In this document: piece after piece, positions 41,339-54,900 of the stretch
Layout of the letters: each line of letters opens with the position of its first letter
Numbering within the stretch: position 1 is the first letter of the stretch
Assembly (NCBI GenBank): GCA_964057225.1
Contig: OZ059900.1
Coordinates: forward strand, 26,102,001 to 26,166,000
DNA: 64,000 nucleotides
Direction of reading: 5' to 3'
Source of the DNA: Auanema rhodensis
Taxonomy: Eukaryota > Animalia > Nematoda
Program-made: the position numbers and the translations under genes
Notes under the pieces: model-generated
What the model saw: only the letters and a program-made list of their open reading frames with translations
Told to the model about the DNA's origin: nothing
Databases searched by the model: none

Positions 41339-44074
41339 ATGGGAAAAACTGTGTTTTTGTATTTTTCTAGTGTTCAGCATGTAAAATGCTTCATTTTAGT
41401 ATGTAACACACTGAAATTTGTTGCATTTAACGACTCATATGAACAAAAATCGATTTAATCAATATTAGCCATAAGGGGCGTGCCCTCAGAATATGCTAAT
41501 TTCCTTAATTTTCTAACCCCTGTTTTTTTGTCGTGAAAGTGGAACTAGACGTTGTACGAACAATTTTGAGCTAGGTTTCATTGACATTGCATGAGTTTGA
41601 ACACATGAAATCGTAAGTCAAAACCTTGTTTACAGCGAAATTTCCAAAAACTGGTTTTCCAGCATAATAAAATATTTCTCATGGGAAATACTGTGTTTTT
41701 GTATTTTTCTAGTGTTCAGCATGTAAAATGCTTCATTTTAGTATGTAACACGCTGAAATTCGTTGCATTTGACGACTCATATGAACAAAAATCGATTTAA
41801 TCAATATTAGCCATAAGGGGCGTGCCCTCAGAATATGCTAATTTCCTTAATTTTCTAACCCCTGTTTTTTTGTCGTGAAAGTGGAACTAGACGATGTACG
41901 AACAATTTTGAGCTAGGTTTCATTGACATTGCATGAGTTTGAACACATGAAATCGTAAGTCAAAACCTTGTTTACAGCGAAATTTCCAAAAACTGGTTTT
42001 CCAGCATAATAAAATATTTCTCATGGGAAATACTGTGTTTTTGTATTTTTCTAGTGTTCAGCATGTAAAATGCTTCATTTTAGTATGTAACACGCTGAAA
42101 TTCGTTGCATTTGACGACTCATATGAACAAAAATCGATTTAATCAATATTAGCCATAAGGGGCGTGCCCTCAGAATATGCTAATTTCCTTAATTTTCTAA
42201 CCCCTGTTTTTTTGTCGTGAAAGTGGAACTAGACGTTGTACGAACAATTTTGAGCTAGGTTTCATTGACATTGCATGAGTTTGAACACATGAAATCGTAA
42301 GTCAAAACCTTGTTTACAGCGAAATTTCCAAAAACTGGTTTTCCAGCATAATAAAATATTTCTCATGGGAAATACTGTGTTTTTGTATTTTTCTAGTGTT
42401 CAGCATGTAAAATGCTTCATTTTAGTATGTAACACGCTGAAATTCGTTGCATTTGACGACTCATATGAACAAAAATCGATTTAATCAATATTAGCCATAA
42501 GGGGCGTGCCCTCAGAATATGCTAATTTCCTTAATTTTCTAACCCCTGTTTTTTTGTCGTGAAAGTGGAACTAGACGATGTACGAACAATTTTGAGCTAG
42601 GTTTCATTGACATTGCATGAGTTTGAACACATGAAATCGTAAGTCAAAACCTTGTTTACAGCGAAATTTCCAAAAACTGGTTTTCCAGCATAATAAAATA
42701 TTTCTCATGGGAAATACTGTGTTTTTGTATTTTTCTAGTGTTCAGCATGTAAAATGCTTCATTTTAGTATGTAACACGCTGAAATTCGTTGCATTTGACG
42801 ACTCATATGAACAAAAATCGATTTAATCAATATTAGCCATAAGGGGCGTGCCCTCAGAATATGCTAATTTCCTTAATTTTCTAACCCCTGTTTTTTTGTC
42901 GTGAAAGTGGAACTAGACGTTGTAGGAACAATTTTGAGCTAGGTTTCATTGACATTGCATGAGTTTGAACACATGAAATCGTAAGTCAAAACCTTGTTTA
43001 CAGCGATATTTCCAAAAACTGGTTTTCCAGCATAATAAAATATTTCTCATGGGAAATACTGTGTTTTTGTATTTTTCTAGTGTTCAGAATGTAGAATGCT
43101 TCGTTTTAGTATGTAACACGCTGAAATTCGTTGCATTTGACGACTCATATGAACAAAAATCGATTTAATCAATATTAGCCATAAGGGGCGTGCCCTCAGA
43201 ATATGCTAATTTCCTTAATTTTCTAACCCCTGTTTTTTTGTCGTGAAAGTGGAACTAGACGATGTACGAACAATTTTGAGCTAGGTTTCATTGACATTGC
43301 ATGAGTTTGAACACATGAAATCGTAAGTCAAAACCTTGTTTACAGCGAAATTTCCAAAAACTGGTTTTCCAGCATAATAAAATATTTCTCATGGGAAATA
43401 CTGTGTTTTTGTATTTTTCTAGTGTTCAGCATGTAAAATGCTTCATTTTAGTATGTAACACGCTGAAATTCGTTGCATTTGACGACTCATATGAACAAAA
43501 ATCGATTTAATCAATATTAGCCATAAGGGGCGTGCCCTCAGAATATGCTAATTTCCTTAATTTTCTAACCCCTGTTTTTTTGTCGTGAAAGTGGAACTAG
43601 ACGTTGTACGAACAATTTTGAGCTAGGTTTCATTGACATTGCATGAGTTTGAACACATGAAATCGTAAGTCAAAACCTTGTTTACAGCGAAATTTCCAAA
43701 AACTGGTTTTCCAGCATAATAAAATATTTCTCATGGGAAATACTGTGTTTTTGTATTTTTCTAGTGTTCAGCATGTAAAATGCTTCATTTTAGTATGTAA
43801 CACGCTGAAATTCGTTGCATTTGACGACTCATATGAACAAAAATCGATTTAATCAATATTAGCCATAAGGGGCGTGCCCTCAGAATATGCTAATTTCCTT
43901 AATTTTCTAACCCCTGTTTTTTTGTCGTGAAAGTGGAACTAGACGATGTACGAACAATTTTGAGCTAGGTTTCATTGACATTGCATGAGTTTGAACACAT
44001 GAAATCGTAAGTCAAAACCTTGTTTACAGCGAAATTTCCAAAAACTGGTTTTCCAGCATAATAAAATATTTCTC

Positions 44075-44416
44075 ATGGGAAATACTGTGTTTTTGTATTT
44101 TTCTAGTGTTCAGCATGTAAAATGCTTCATTTTAGTATGTAACACGCTGAAATTCGTTGCATTTGACGACTCATATGAACAAAAATCGATTTAATCAATA
44201 TTAGCCATAAGGGGCGTGCCCTCAGAATATGCTAATTTCCTTAATTTTCTAACCCCTGTTTTTTTGTCGTGAAAGTGGAACTAGACGTTGTACGAACAAT
44301 TTTGAGCTAGGTTTCATTGACATTGCATGAGTTTGAACACATGAAATCGTAAGTCAAAACCTTGTTTACAGCGAAATTTCCAAAAACTGGTTTTCCAGCA
44401 TAATAAAATATTTCTC
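44075..44416 (+). repeat. Representative consensus-type monomer (342 bp)
   Basis: Carries none of the minority alleles I could see. Hand count of the consensus gives 57 C and 59 G (about 34% GC) and 10 CpG. It has one ClaI (ATCGAT), one NdeI (CATATG) and one RsaI (GTAC) site. Confidence 0.9.
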
Positions 44417-45783
44417 ATGGGAAATACTGTGTTTTTGTATTTTTCTAGTGTTCAGCATGTAAAATGCTTCATTTTAGTATGTAACACGCTGAAATTCGTT
44501 GCATTTGACGACTCATATGAACAAAAATCGATTTAATCAATATTAGCCATAAGGGGCGTGCCCTCAGAATATGCTAATTTCCTTAATTTTCTAACCCCTG
44601 TTTTTTTGTCGTGAAAGTGGAACTAGACGTTGTACGAACAATTTTGAGCTAGGTTTCATTGACATTGCATGAGTTTGAACACATGAAATCGTAAGTCAAA
44701 ACCTTGTTTACAGCGAAATTTCCAAAAACTGGTTTTCCAGCATAATAAAATATTTTTCATGGGAAATACTGTGTTTTGGTATTTTTCTAGTGTTCAGCAT
44801 GTAAAATGCTTCATTTTAGTATGTAACACGCTGAAATTCGTTGCATTTGACGACTCATATGAACAAAAATCGATTTAATCAATATTAGCCATAAGGGGCG
44901 TGCCCTCAGAATATGCTAATTTCCTTAATTTTCTAACCCCTGTTTTTTTGTCGTGAAAGTGGAACTAGACGTTGTACGAACAATTTTGAGCTAGGTTTCA
45001 TTGACATTGCATGAGTTTGAACACATGAAATCGTAAGTCAAAACCTTGTTTACAGCGAAATTTCCAAAAACTGGTTTTCCAGCATAATAAAATATTTCTC
45101 ATGGGAAATACTGTGTTTTTGTATTTTTCTAGTGTTCAGCATGTAAAATGCTTCATTTTAGTATGTAAAACGCTGAAATTCGTTGCATTTGACGACTCAT
45201 ATGAACAAAAATCGATTTAATCAATATTAGCCATAAGGGGCGTGCCCTCAGAATATGCTAATTTCCTTAATTTTCTAACCCCTGTTTTTTTGTCGTGAAA
45301 GTGGAACTAGACGTTGTACGAACAATTTTGAGCTAGGTTTCATTGACATTGCATGAGTTTGAACACATGAAATCGTAAGTCAAAACCTTGTTTACAGCGA
45401 AATTTCCAAAAACTGGTTTTCCAGCATAATAAAATATTTTTCATGGGAAATACTGTGTTTTGGTATTTTTCTAGTGTTCAGCATGTAAAATGCTTCATTT
45501 TAGTATGTAACACGCTGAAATTCGTTGCATTTGACGACTCATATGAACAAAAATCGATTTAATCAATATTAGCCATAAGGGGCGTGCCCTCAGAATATGC
45601 TAATTTCCTAAATTTTCTAACCCCTGTTTTTTTGTCGTGAAAGTGGAACTAGACGTTGTACGAACAATTTTGAGCTAGGTTTCATTGACATTGCATGATT
45701 TGAACACATGAAATCGTAAGTCAAAACCTTGTTTACAGCGATATTTCCAAAAACTGGTTTTCCAGCATAATAAAATATTTCTC

Positions 45784-48519
45784 ATGGGAAATACTGTGTT
45801 TTTGTATTTTTCTAGTGTTCAGAATGTAGAATGCTTCGTTTTAGTATGTAACACGCTGAAATTCGTTGCATTTGACGACTCATATGAACAAAAATCGATT
45901 TAATCAATATTAGCCATAAGGGGCGTGCCCTCAGAATATGCTAATTTCCTTAATTTTCTAACCCCTGTTTTTTTGTCGTGAAAGTGGAACTAGACGTTGT
46001 ACGAACAATTTTGAGCTAGGTTTCATTGACATTGCATGAGTTTGAACACATGAAATCGTAAGTAAAAACCTTGTTTACAGCGAAATTTCCAAAAACTGGT
46101 TTTCCAGCATAATAAAATATTTCTCATGGGAAATACTGTGTTTTTGTATTTTTCTAGTGTTCAGCATGTAAAATGCTTCATTTTAGTATGTAACACGCTG
46201 AAATTCGTTGCATTTGACGACTCATATGAACAAAAATCGATTTAATCAATATTAGCCATAAGGGGCGTGCCCTCAGAATATGCTAATTTCCTTAATTTTC
46301 TAACCCCTGTTTTTTTGTCGTGAAAGTGGAACTAGATGTTGTACGAACAATTTTGAGCTAGGTTTCATTGACATTGCATGAGTTTGAACACATGAAATCG
46401 TAAGTCAAAACCTTGTTTACAGCGAAATTTCCAAAAACTGGTTTTCCAGCATAATAAAATATTTCTCATGGGAAATACTGTGTTTTTGTATTTTTCTAGT
46501 GTTCAGCATGTAAAATGCTTCATTTTAGTATGTAACACGCTGAAATTCGTTGCATTTGACGACTCATATGAACAAAAATCGATTTAATCAATATTAGCCA
46601 TAAGGGGCGTGCCCTCAGAATATGCTAATTTCCTAAATTTTCTAACCCCTGTTTTTTTGTCGTGAAAGTGGAACTAGACGTTGTACGAACAATTTTGAGC
46701 TAGGTTTCATTGACATTGCATGAGTTTGAACACATGAAATCGTAAGTCAAAACCTTGTTTACAGCGAAATTTCCAAAAACTGGTTTTCCAGCATAATAAA
46801 ATATTTCTCATGGGAAAAACTGTGTTTTTGTATTTTTCTAGTGTTCAGCATGTAAAATGCTTCATTTTAGTATGTAACACACTGAAATTTGTTGCATTTG
46901 ACGACTCATATGAACAAAAATTGATTTAATCAATATTAGTCATAAGGGGCGTGCCCTCAGAATATGCTAATTTCCTTAATTTTCTAACCCCTGTTTTTTT
47001 GTCGTGAAAGTGGAACTAGACGATGTACGAACAATTTTGAGCTAGGTTTCATTGACATTGCATGAGTTTGAACACATGAAATCGTAAGTCAAAACCTTGT
47101 TTACAGCGAAATTTCCAAAAACTGGTTTTCCAGCATAATAAAATATTTCTCATGGGAAATACTGTGTTTTTGTATTTTTCTAGTGTTCAGAATGTAGAAT
47201 GCTTCATTTTAGTATGTAACACGCTGAAATTCGTTGCATTTGACGACTCATATGAACAAAAATCGATTTAATCAATATTAGCCATAAGGGGCGTGCCCTC
47301 AGAATATGCTAATTTCCTTAATTTTCTAACCCCTGTTTTTTTGTCGTGAAAGTGGAACTAGACGATGTACGAACAATTTTGAGCTAGGTTTCATTGACAT
47401 TGCATGAGTTTGAACACATGAAATCGTAAGTAAAAACCTTGTTTACAGCGAAATTTCCAAAAACTGGTTTTCCAGCATAATAAAATATTTCTCATGGGAA
47501 ATACTGTGTTTTTGTATTTTTCTAGTGTTCAGCATGTAAAATGCTTCATTTTAGTATGTAACACGCTGAAATTCGTTGCATTTGACGACTCATATGAACA
47601 AAAATCGATTTAATCAATATTAGCCATAAGGGGCGTGCCCTCAGAATATGCTAATTTCCTTAATTTTCTAACCCCTGTTTTTTTGTCGTGAAAGTGGAAC
47701 TAGATGTTGTACGAACAATTTTGAGCTAGGTTTCATTGACATTGCATGAGTTTGAACACATGAAATCGTAAGTCAAAACCTTGTTTACAGCGAAATTTCC
47801 AAAAACTGGTTTTCCAGCATAATAAAATATTTCTCATGGGAAATACTGTGTTTTTGTATTTTTCTAGTGTTCAGCATGTAAAATGCTTCATTTTAGTATG
47901 TAACACGCTGAAATTCGTTGCATTTGACGACTCATATGAACAAAAATCGATTTAATCAATATTAGCCATAAGGGGCGTGCCCTCAGAATATGCTAATTTC
48001 CTAAATTTTCTAACCCCTGTTTTTTTGTCGTGAAAGTGGAACTAGACGTTGTACGAACAATTTTGAGCTAGGTTTCATTGACATTGCATGAGTTTGAACA
48101 CATGAAATCGTAAGTCAAAACCTTGTTTACAGCGAAATTTCCAAAAACTGGTTTTCCAGCATAATAAAATATTTCTCATGGGAAAAACTGTGCTTTTGTA
48201 TTTTTCTAGTGTTCAGCATGTAAAATGCTTCATTTTAGTATGTAACACACTGAAATTTGTTGCATTTGACGACTCATATGAACAAAAATTGATTTAATCA
48301 ATATTAGTCATAAGGGGCGTGCCCTCAGAATATGCTAATTTCCTTAATTTTCTAACCCCTGTTTTTTTGTCGTGAAAGTGGAACTAGACGATGTACGAAC
48401 AATTTTGAGCTAGGTTTCATTGACATTGCATGAGTTTGAACACATGAAATCGTAAGTCAAAACCTTGTTTACAGCGAAATTTCCAAAAACTGGTTTTCCA
48501 GCATAATAAAATATTTCTC
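45784..48519. repeat. 4-monomer duplication (1368 bp)
   Basis: AGTAAAAACC, TAGATGTT, CCTAAAT and TTAGTCATA recur in the same order at +1368. Confidence 0.82.
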
Positions 48520-51500
48520 ATGGGAAATACTGTGTTTTTGTATTTTTCTAGCGTTCAGCATGTAAAATGCTTCATTTTAGTATGTAACACGCTGAAATTC
48601 GTTGCATTTAACGACTCATATGAACAAAAATCGATTTAATCAATATTAGCCATAAGGGGCGTGCCCTCAGAATATGCTAATTTCCTTAATTTTCTAACCC
48701 CTGTTTTTTTGTCGTGAAAGTGGAACTTGACGATGTACGAACAATTTTGAGCTAGGTTTCATTGACATTGCATGAGTTTGAACACATGAAATCGTAAGTC
48801 AAAACCTTGTTTACAGCGAAATTTCCAAAAACTGGTTTTCCAGCATAAAAAAATATTTCTCATGGGAAACACTGTGTTTTTGTATTTTTCTAGTGTTCAG
48901 CATGTAAAATGCTTCATTTTAGTATGTAACACGCTGAAATTCGTTGCATTTGACGACTCATATGAACAAAAATCGATTTAATCAATATTAGCCATAAGGG
49001 GCGTGCCCTCAGAATATGCTAATTTCCTTAATTTTCTAACCCCTGTTTTTTTGTTGTGAAAGTGGAACTAGACGTTGTACGAACAATTTTGAGCTAGGTT
49101 TCATTGACATTGCATGAGTTTGAACACATGAAATCGTAAGTCAAAACCTTGTTTACAGCGAAATTTCCAAAAACTGGTTTTCCAGCATAATAAAATATTT
49201 CTCATGGGAAATACTGTGTTTTTGTATTTTTCTAGTGTTCAGCATGTAAAATGCTTCATTTTAGTATGTAACACGCTGAAATTCGTTGCATTTGACGACT
49301 CATATGAACAAAAATCGATTTAATCAATATTAGCCATAAGGGGCGTGCCCTCAGAATATGCTAATTTCCTAAATTTTCTAACCCCTGTTTTTTTCTCGTG
49401 AAAGTGGAACTAGACGTTGTACGAACAATTTTGAGCTAGGTTTCATTGACATTGCATGAGTTTGAACACATGAAATCGTAAGTCAAAACCTTGTTTACAG
49501 CGAAATTTCCAAAAACTGGTTTTCCAGCATAATAAAATATTTCTCATGGGAAATACTGTGTTTTTATATTTTTCTAGTGTTCAGCATGTGAAATGCTTAA
49601 TTTTAGTATGTAACACGCTGAAATTCGTTGCATTTGACGGCTCATATGAACAAAAATCGATTTAATCAATATTAGCCATAAGGGGCGTGCCCTCAGAATA
49701 TGCTAATTTCCTTAATTTTCTAACCCCTGTTTTTTTGTCGTGAAAGTGGAACTAGACGTTGTACAAACAATTTTGAGCTAGGTTTCATTGACATTGCATG
49801 AGTTTGAACACATGAAATCGTAAGTCAAAACCTTGTTTACAGCGAAATTTCCAAAAACTGGTTTTCCAGCATAATAAAATATTTCTCATGGGAAATACTG
49901 TGTTTTTATATTTTTCTAGTGTTCAGCATGTGAAATGCTTAATTTTAGTATGTAACACGCTGAAATTCGTTGCATTTGACGGCTCATATGAACAAAAATC
50001 GATTTAATCAATATTAGCCATAAGGGGCGTGCCCTCAGAATATGCTAATTTCCTTAATTTTCTAACCCCTGTTTTTTTGTCGTGAAAGTGGAACTAGACG
50101 TTGTACGAACAATTTTGAGCTAGGTTTCATTGACATTGCATGAGTTTGAACACATGAAATCGTAAGTCAAAACCTTGTTTACAGCGAAATTTCCAAAAAC
50201 TGGTTTTCCAGCATAATAAAATATTTCTCATGGGAAATACTGTGTTTTTGTATTTTTCTAGTGTTCAGCATGTAAAATGCTTCATTTTAGTATGTAACAC
50301 GCTGAAATTCGTTGCATTTGACGACTCATATGAACAAAAATCGATTTAATCAATATTAGCCATAAGGGGCGTGCCCTCAGAATATGCTAATTTCCTAAAT
50401 TTTCTAACCCCTGTTTTTTTGTCGTGAAAGTGGAACTAGACGTTGTACGAACAATTTTGAGCTAGGTTTCATTGACATTGCATGAGTTTGAACACATGAA
50501 ATCGTAAGTCAAAACCTTGTTTACAGCGAAATTTCCAAAAACTGGTTTTCCAGCATAATAAAATATTTCTCATGGGAAATACTGTGTTTTTGTATTTTTC
50601 TAGTGTTCAGCATGTAAAATGCTTCATTTTAGTATGTAACACGCTGAAATTCGTTGCATTTGACGACTCATATGAACAAAAATCGATTTAATCAATATTA
50701 GCCATAAGGGGCGTGCCCTCAGAATATGCTAATTTCCTTAATTTTCTAACCCCTGTTTTTTTGTCGTGAAAGTGGAACTAGACGTTGTACGAACAATTTT
50801 GAGCTAGGTTTCATTGACATTGCATGAGTTTGAACACATGAAATCGTAAGTCAAAACCTTGTTTACAGCGAAATTTCCAAAAACTGGTTTTCCAGCATAA
50901 TAAAATATTTCTCATGGGAAAAACTGTGTTTTTGTATTTTTCTAGTGTTCAGCATGTAAAATGCTTCATTTTAGTATGTAACACGCTGAAATTCGTTGCA
51001 TTTGACGACTCATATGAACAAAAATCGATTTAATCAATATTAGCCATAAGGGGCGTGCCCTCAGAATATGCTAATTTCCTTAATTTTCTAACCCCTGTTT
51101 TTTTGTCGTGAAAGTGGAACTAGACGATGTACGAACAATTTTGAGCTAGGTTTCATTGACATTGCATGAGTTTGAACACATGAAATCGTAAGTCAAAACC
51201 TTGTTTACAGCGAAATTTCCAAAAACTGGTTTTCCAGCATAATAAAATATTTCTCATGGGAAATACTGTGTTTTTGTATTTTTCTAGTGTTCAGCATGTA
51301 AAATGCTTCATTTTAGTATGTAACACGCTGAAATTCGTTGCATTTGACGACTCATATGAACAAAAATCGATTTAATCAATATTAGCCATAAGGGGCGTGC
51401 CCTCAGAATATGCTAATTTCCTTAATTTTCTAACCCCTGTTTTTTTGTCGTGAAAGTGGAACTAGACGTTGTACGAACAATTTTGAGCTAGGTTTCATTG

Positions 51501-51938
51501 ACATTGCATGAGTTTGAACACATGAAATCGTAAGTCAAAACCTTGTTTACAGCGAAATTTCCAAAAACTGGTTTTCCAGCATAATAAAATATTTCTCATG
51601 GGAAATACTGTGTTTTTGTATTTTTCTAGTGTTCAGCATGTAAAATGCTTCATTTTAGTATGTAACACGCTGAAATTCGTTGCATTTGACGACTCATATG
51701 AACAAAAATCGATTTAATCAATATTAGCCATAAGGGGCGTGCCCTCAGAATATGCTAATTTCCTAAATTTTCTAACCCGTGTTTTTTTGTCGTGAAAGTG
51801 GAACTAGACGTTGTACGAACAATTTTGAGCTAGGTTTCATTGACATTGCATGATTTGAACACATGAAATCGTAAGTCAAAACCTTGTTTACAGCGAAATT
51901 TCCAAAAACTGGTTTTCCAGCATAATAAAATATTTCTC

Positions 51939-54900
51939 ATGGGAAATACAGTGTTTTTGTATTTTTTTAGTGTTCAGCATGTAAAATGCGTCATTTTAGT
52001 ATGTAAAACGCTGAAATTTGTTGCATTTGACGACTCATATGAACAAAAATCGATTTTATCAATATTAGCCATAAGGGGCGTGCCCTCAGAATATGCTAAT
52101 TTCCTTAATTTTCTAACCCCTGTTTTTTTGTCGTGAAAGTGGAACTAGACGTTGTACGAACAATTTTGAGCTAGGTTTCATTGACATTGCATGAGTTTGA
52201 ACACATGAAATCGTAAGTCAAAACCTTGTTTACAGCGAAATTTCCAAAAACTGGTTTTCCAGCATAATAAAACATTTCTCAAGGGAAAAACTGTGTTTTT
52301 ATATTTTTCTAGTGTTCAGCATGTGAAATGCTTTATTTTAGTATGTAACACGCTGAAATTTGTTGCATTTGACGACTCATATGAACAAAAATCGATTTAA
52401 TCAATATTAGCCATAAGGGGCGTGCCCTCAGAATATGCTAATTTCCTTAATTTTCTAACCCCTGTTTTTTTGTCGTGAAAGTGGAACTAGACGTTGTACG
52501 AACAATTTTGAGCTAGGTTTCTTCGACATTGCATGAGTTTGAACACATGAAATCGTAAGTCAAAACCTTGTTTACAGCGAAATTTCCAAAAACTGGTTTT
52601 CCAGCATAATAAAATATTTCTCATGGGAAATACAGTGTTTTTGTATTTTTTTAGTGTTCAGCATGTAAAATGCGTCATTTTAGTATGTAAAACGCTGAAA
52701 TTCGTTGCATTTGACGACTCATATGAACAAAAATCGATTTAATCAATATTAGCCATAAGGGGCGTGCCCTCAGAATATGCTAATTTCCTAAAATTTCTAA
52801 CCCGTGTTTTTTTGTCGTGAAAGTGGAACTAGACGTTGTACGAACAATTTTGAGCTAGGTTTCATTGACATTGCATGATTTGAACACATGAAATCGTAAG
52901 TCAAAACCTTGTTTACAGCGAAATTTCCAAAAACTGGTTTTCCAGCATAATAAAATATTTCTCATGGGAAATACAGTGTTTTTGTATTTTTTTAGTGTTC
53001 AGCATGTAAAATGGGTCATTTTAGTATGTAAAACGCTGAAATTCGTTGCATTTGACGACTCATATGAACAAAAATCGATTTTATCAATATTAGCCATAAG
53101 GGGCGTGCCCTCAGAATATGCTGATTTCCTTAATTTTCTAACCCCTGTTTTTTTGTCGTGAAAGTGGAACTAGACGTTGTACGAACAATTTTGAGCTAGG
53201 TTTCATTGACATTGCATGATTTGAACACATGAAATCGTAAGTCAAAACCTTGTTTACAGCGAAATTTCCAAAAACTGGTTTTCCAGCATAATAAAATATT
53301 TCTCATGGGAAATACAGTGTTTTTGTATTTTTTTAGTGTTCAGCATGTAAAATGCGTCATTTTAGTATGTAAAACGCTGAAATTCGCTGCATTTGACGAC
53401 TCATATGAACAAAAATCGATTTTATCAATATTAGCCATAAGGGGCGTGCCCTCAGAATATGCTAATTTCCTTAATTTTCTAACCCCTGTTTTTTTGTCGT
53501 GAAAGTGGAACTAGACGTTGTACGAACAATTTTAAGCTAGGTTTCATTGACATTGCATGAGTTTGAACACATGAAATCGTAAGTCAAAACCTTGTTTACA
53601 GCGAAATTTCCAAAAACTGGTTTTCCAGCATAATAAAATATTTTTCAAGGGAAAAACTGTGTTTTTATATTTTTCTAGTGTTCAGCATGTGAAATGCTTA
53701 ATTTTAGTATGTAACACGCTGAAATTTGTTGCATTTGACGACTAATATGAACAAAAATCGATTTAATCAATATTAGCCATAAGGGGCGTGCCCTCAGAAT
53801 ATGCTAATTTCCTTAATTTTCTAACCCCTGTTTTTTTGTCGTGAAAGTGGAACTAGACGTTGTACGAACAATTTTGAGCTAGGTTTCATTGACATTGCAT
53901 GAGTTTGAACACATGAAATCGTAAGTCAAAACCTTGTTTACAGCGAAATTTCCAAAAACTGGTTTTCCAGCATAATAAAATATTTCTCATGGGAAATACT
54001 GTGTTTTTGTATTTTTCTAGTGTTCAGCATGTAAAATGCTTCATTTTAGTATGTAACACGCTGAAATTCGTTGAATTTGACGACTCATATGAACAAAAAT
54101 CGATTTAATCAATATTAGCCATAAGGGGCGTGCCCTCAGAATATGCTAATTTCCTTAATTTTCTAACCCCTGTTTTTTTTGTCGTGAAAGTGGAACTAGA
54201 CGTTGTACGAACAATTTTGAGCTAGGTTTCATTGACATTGCATGAGTTTGAACACATGAAATCGTAAGTCAAAACCTTGTTTACAGCGAAATTTCCAAAA
54301 ACTGGTTTTCCAGCATAATAAAATATTTCTCATGGGAAATACTGTGTTTTTGTATTTTTTTAGTGTTCAGCATGTAAAATGCGTCATTTAAGTATGTAAA
54401 ACGCTGAAATTCGTTGCATTTGACGACTCATATGAACAAAAATCGATTTTATCAATATTAGCCATAAGGGGCGTGCCCTCAGAATATGCTAATTTCCTTA
54501 ATTTTCTAACCCCTGTTTTTTTTGTCGTGAAAGTGGAACTAGACGTTGTACGAACAATTTTGAGCTAGGTTTCATTGACATTGCATGAGTTTGAACACAT
54601 GAAATCGTAAGTCAAAACCTTGTTTACAGCGAAATTTCCAAAAACTGGTTTTCCAGCATAATAAAATATTTCTCATGGGAAATACTGTGTTTTTGTATTT
54701 TTTTAGTGTTCAGCATGTAAAATGCGTCATTTAAGTATGTAAAACGCTGAAATTCGTTGCATTTGACGACTCATATGAACAAAAATCGATTTTATCAATA
54801 TTAGCCATAAGGGGCGTGCCCTCAGAATATGCTGATTTCCTTAATTTTCTAACCCCTGTTTTTTTGTCGTGAAAGTGGAACTAGACGTTGTACGAACATT

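Larger units (their letters stand above)
27666..51938. repeat. Variant domain 2: 71 consecutive near-consensus monomers, all with the GATTTAATC (stop) allele
   Basis: The ORF track has no 65-aa ORF between 27521 and 51939. GACGATG (28561-51130), CCCCTTTT, TTTAACGAC and TTATCAAAAA are seen only here. Confidence 0.88.
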
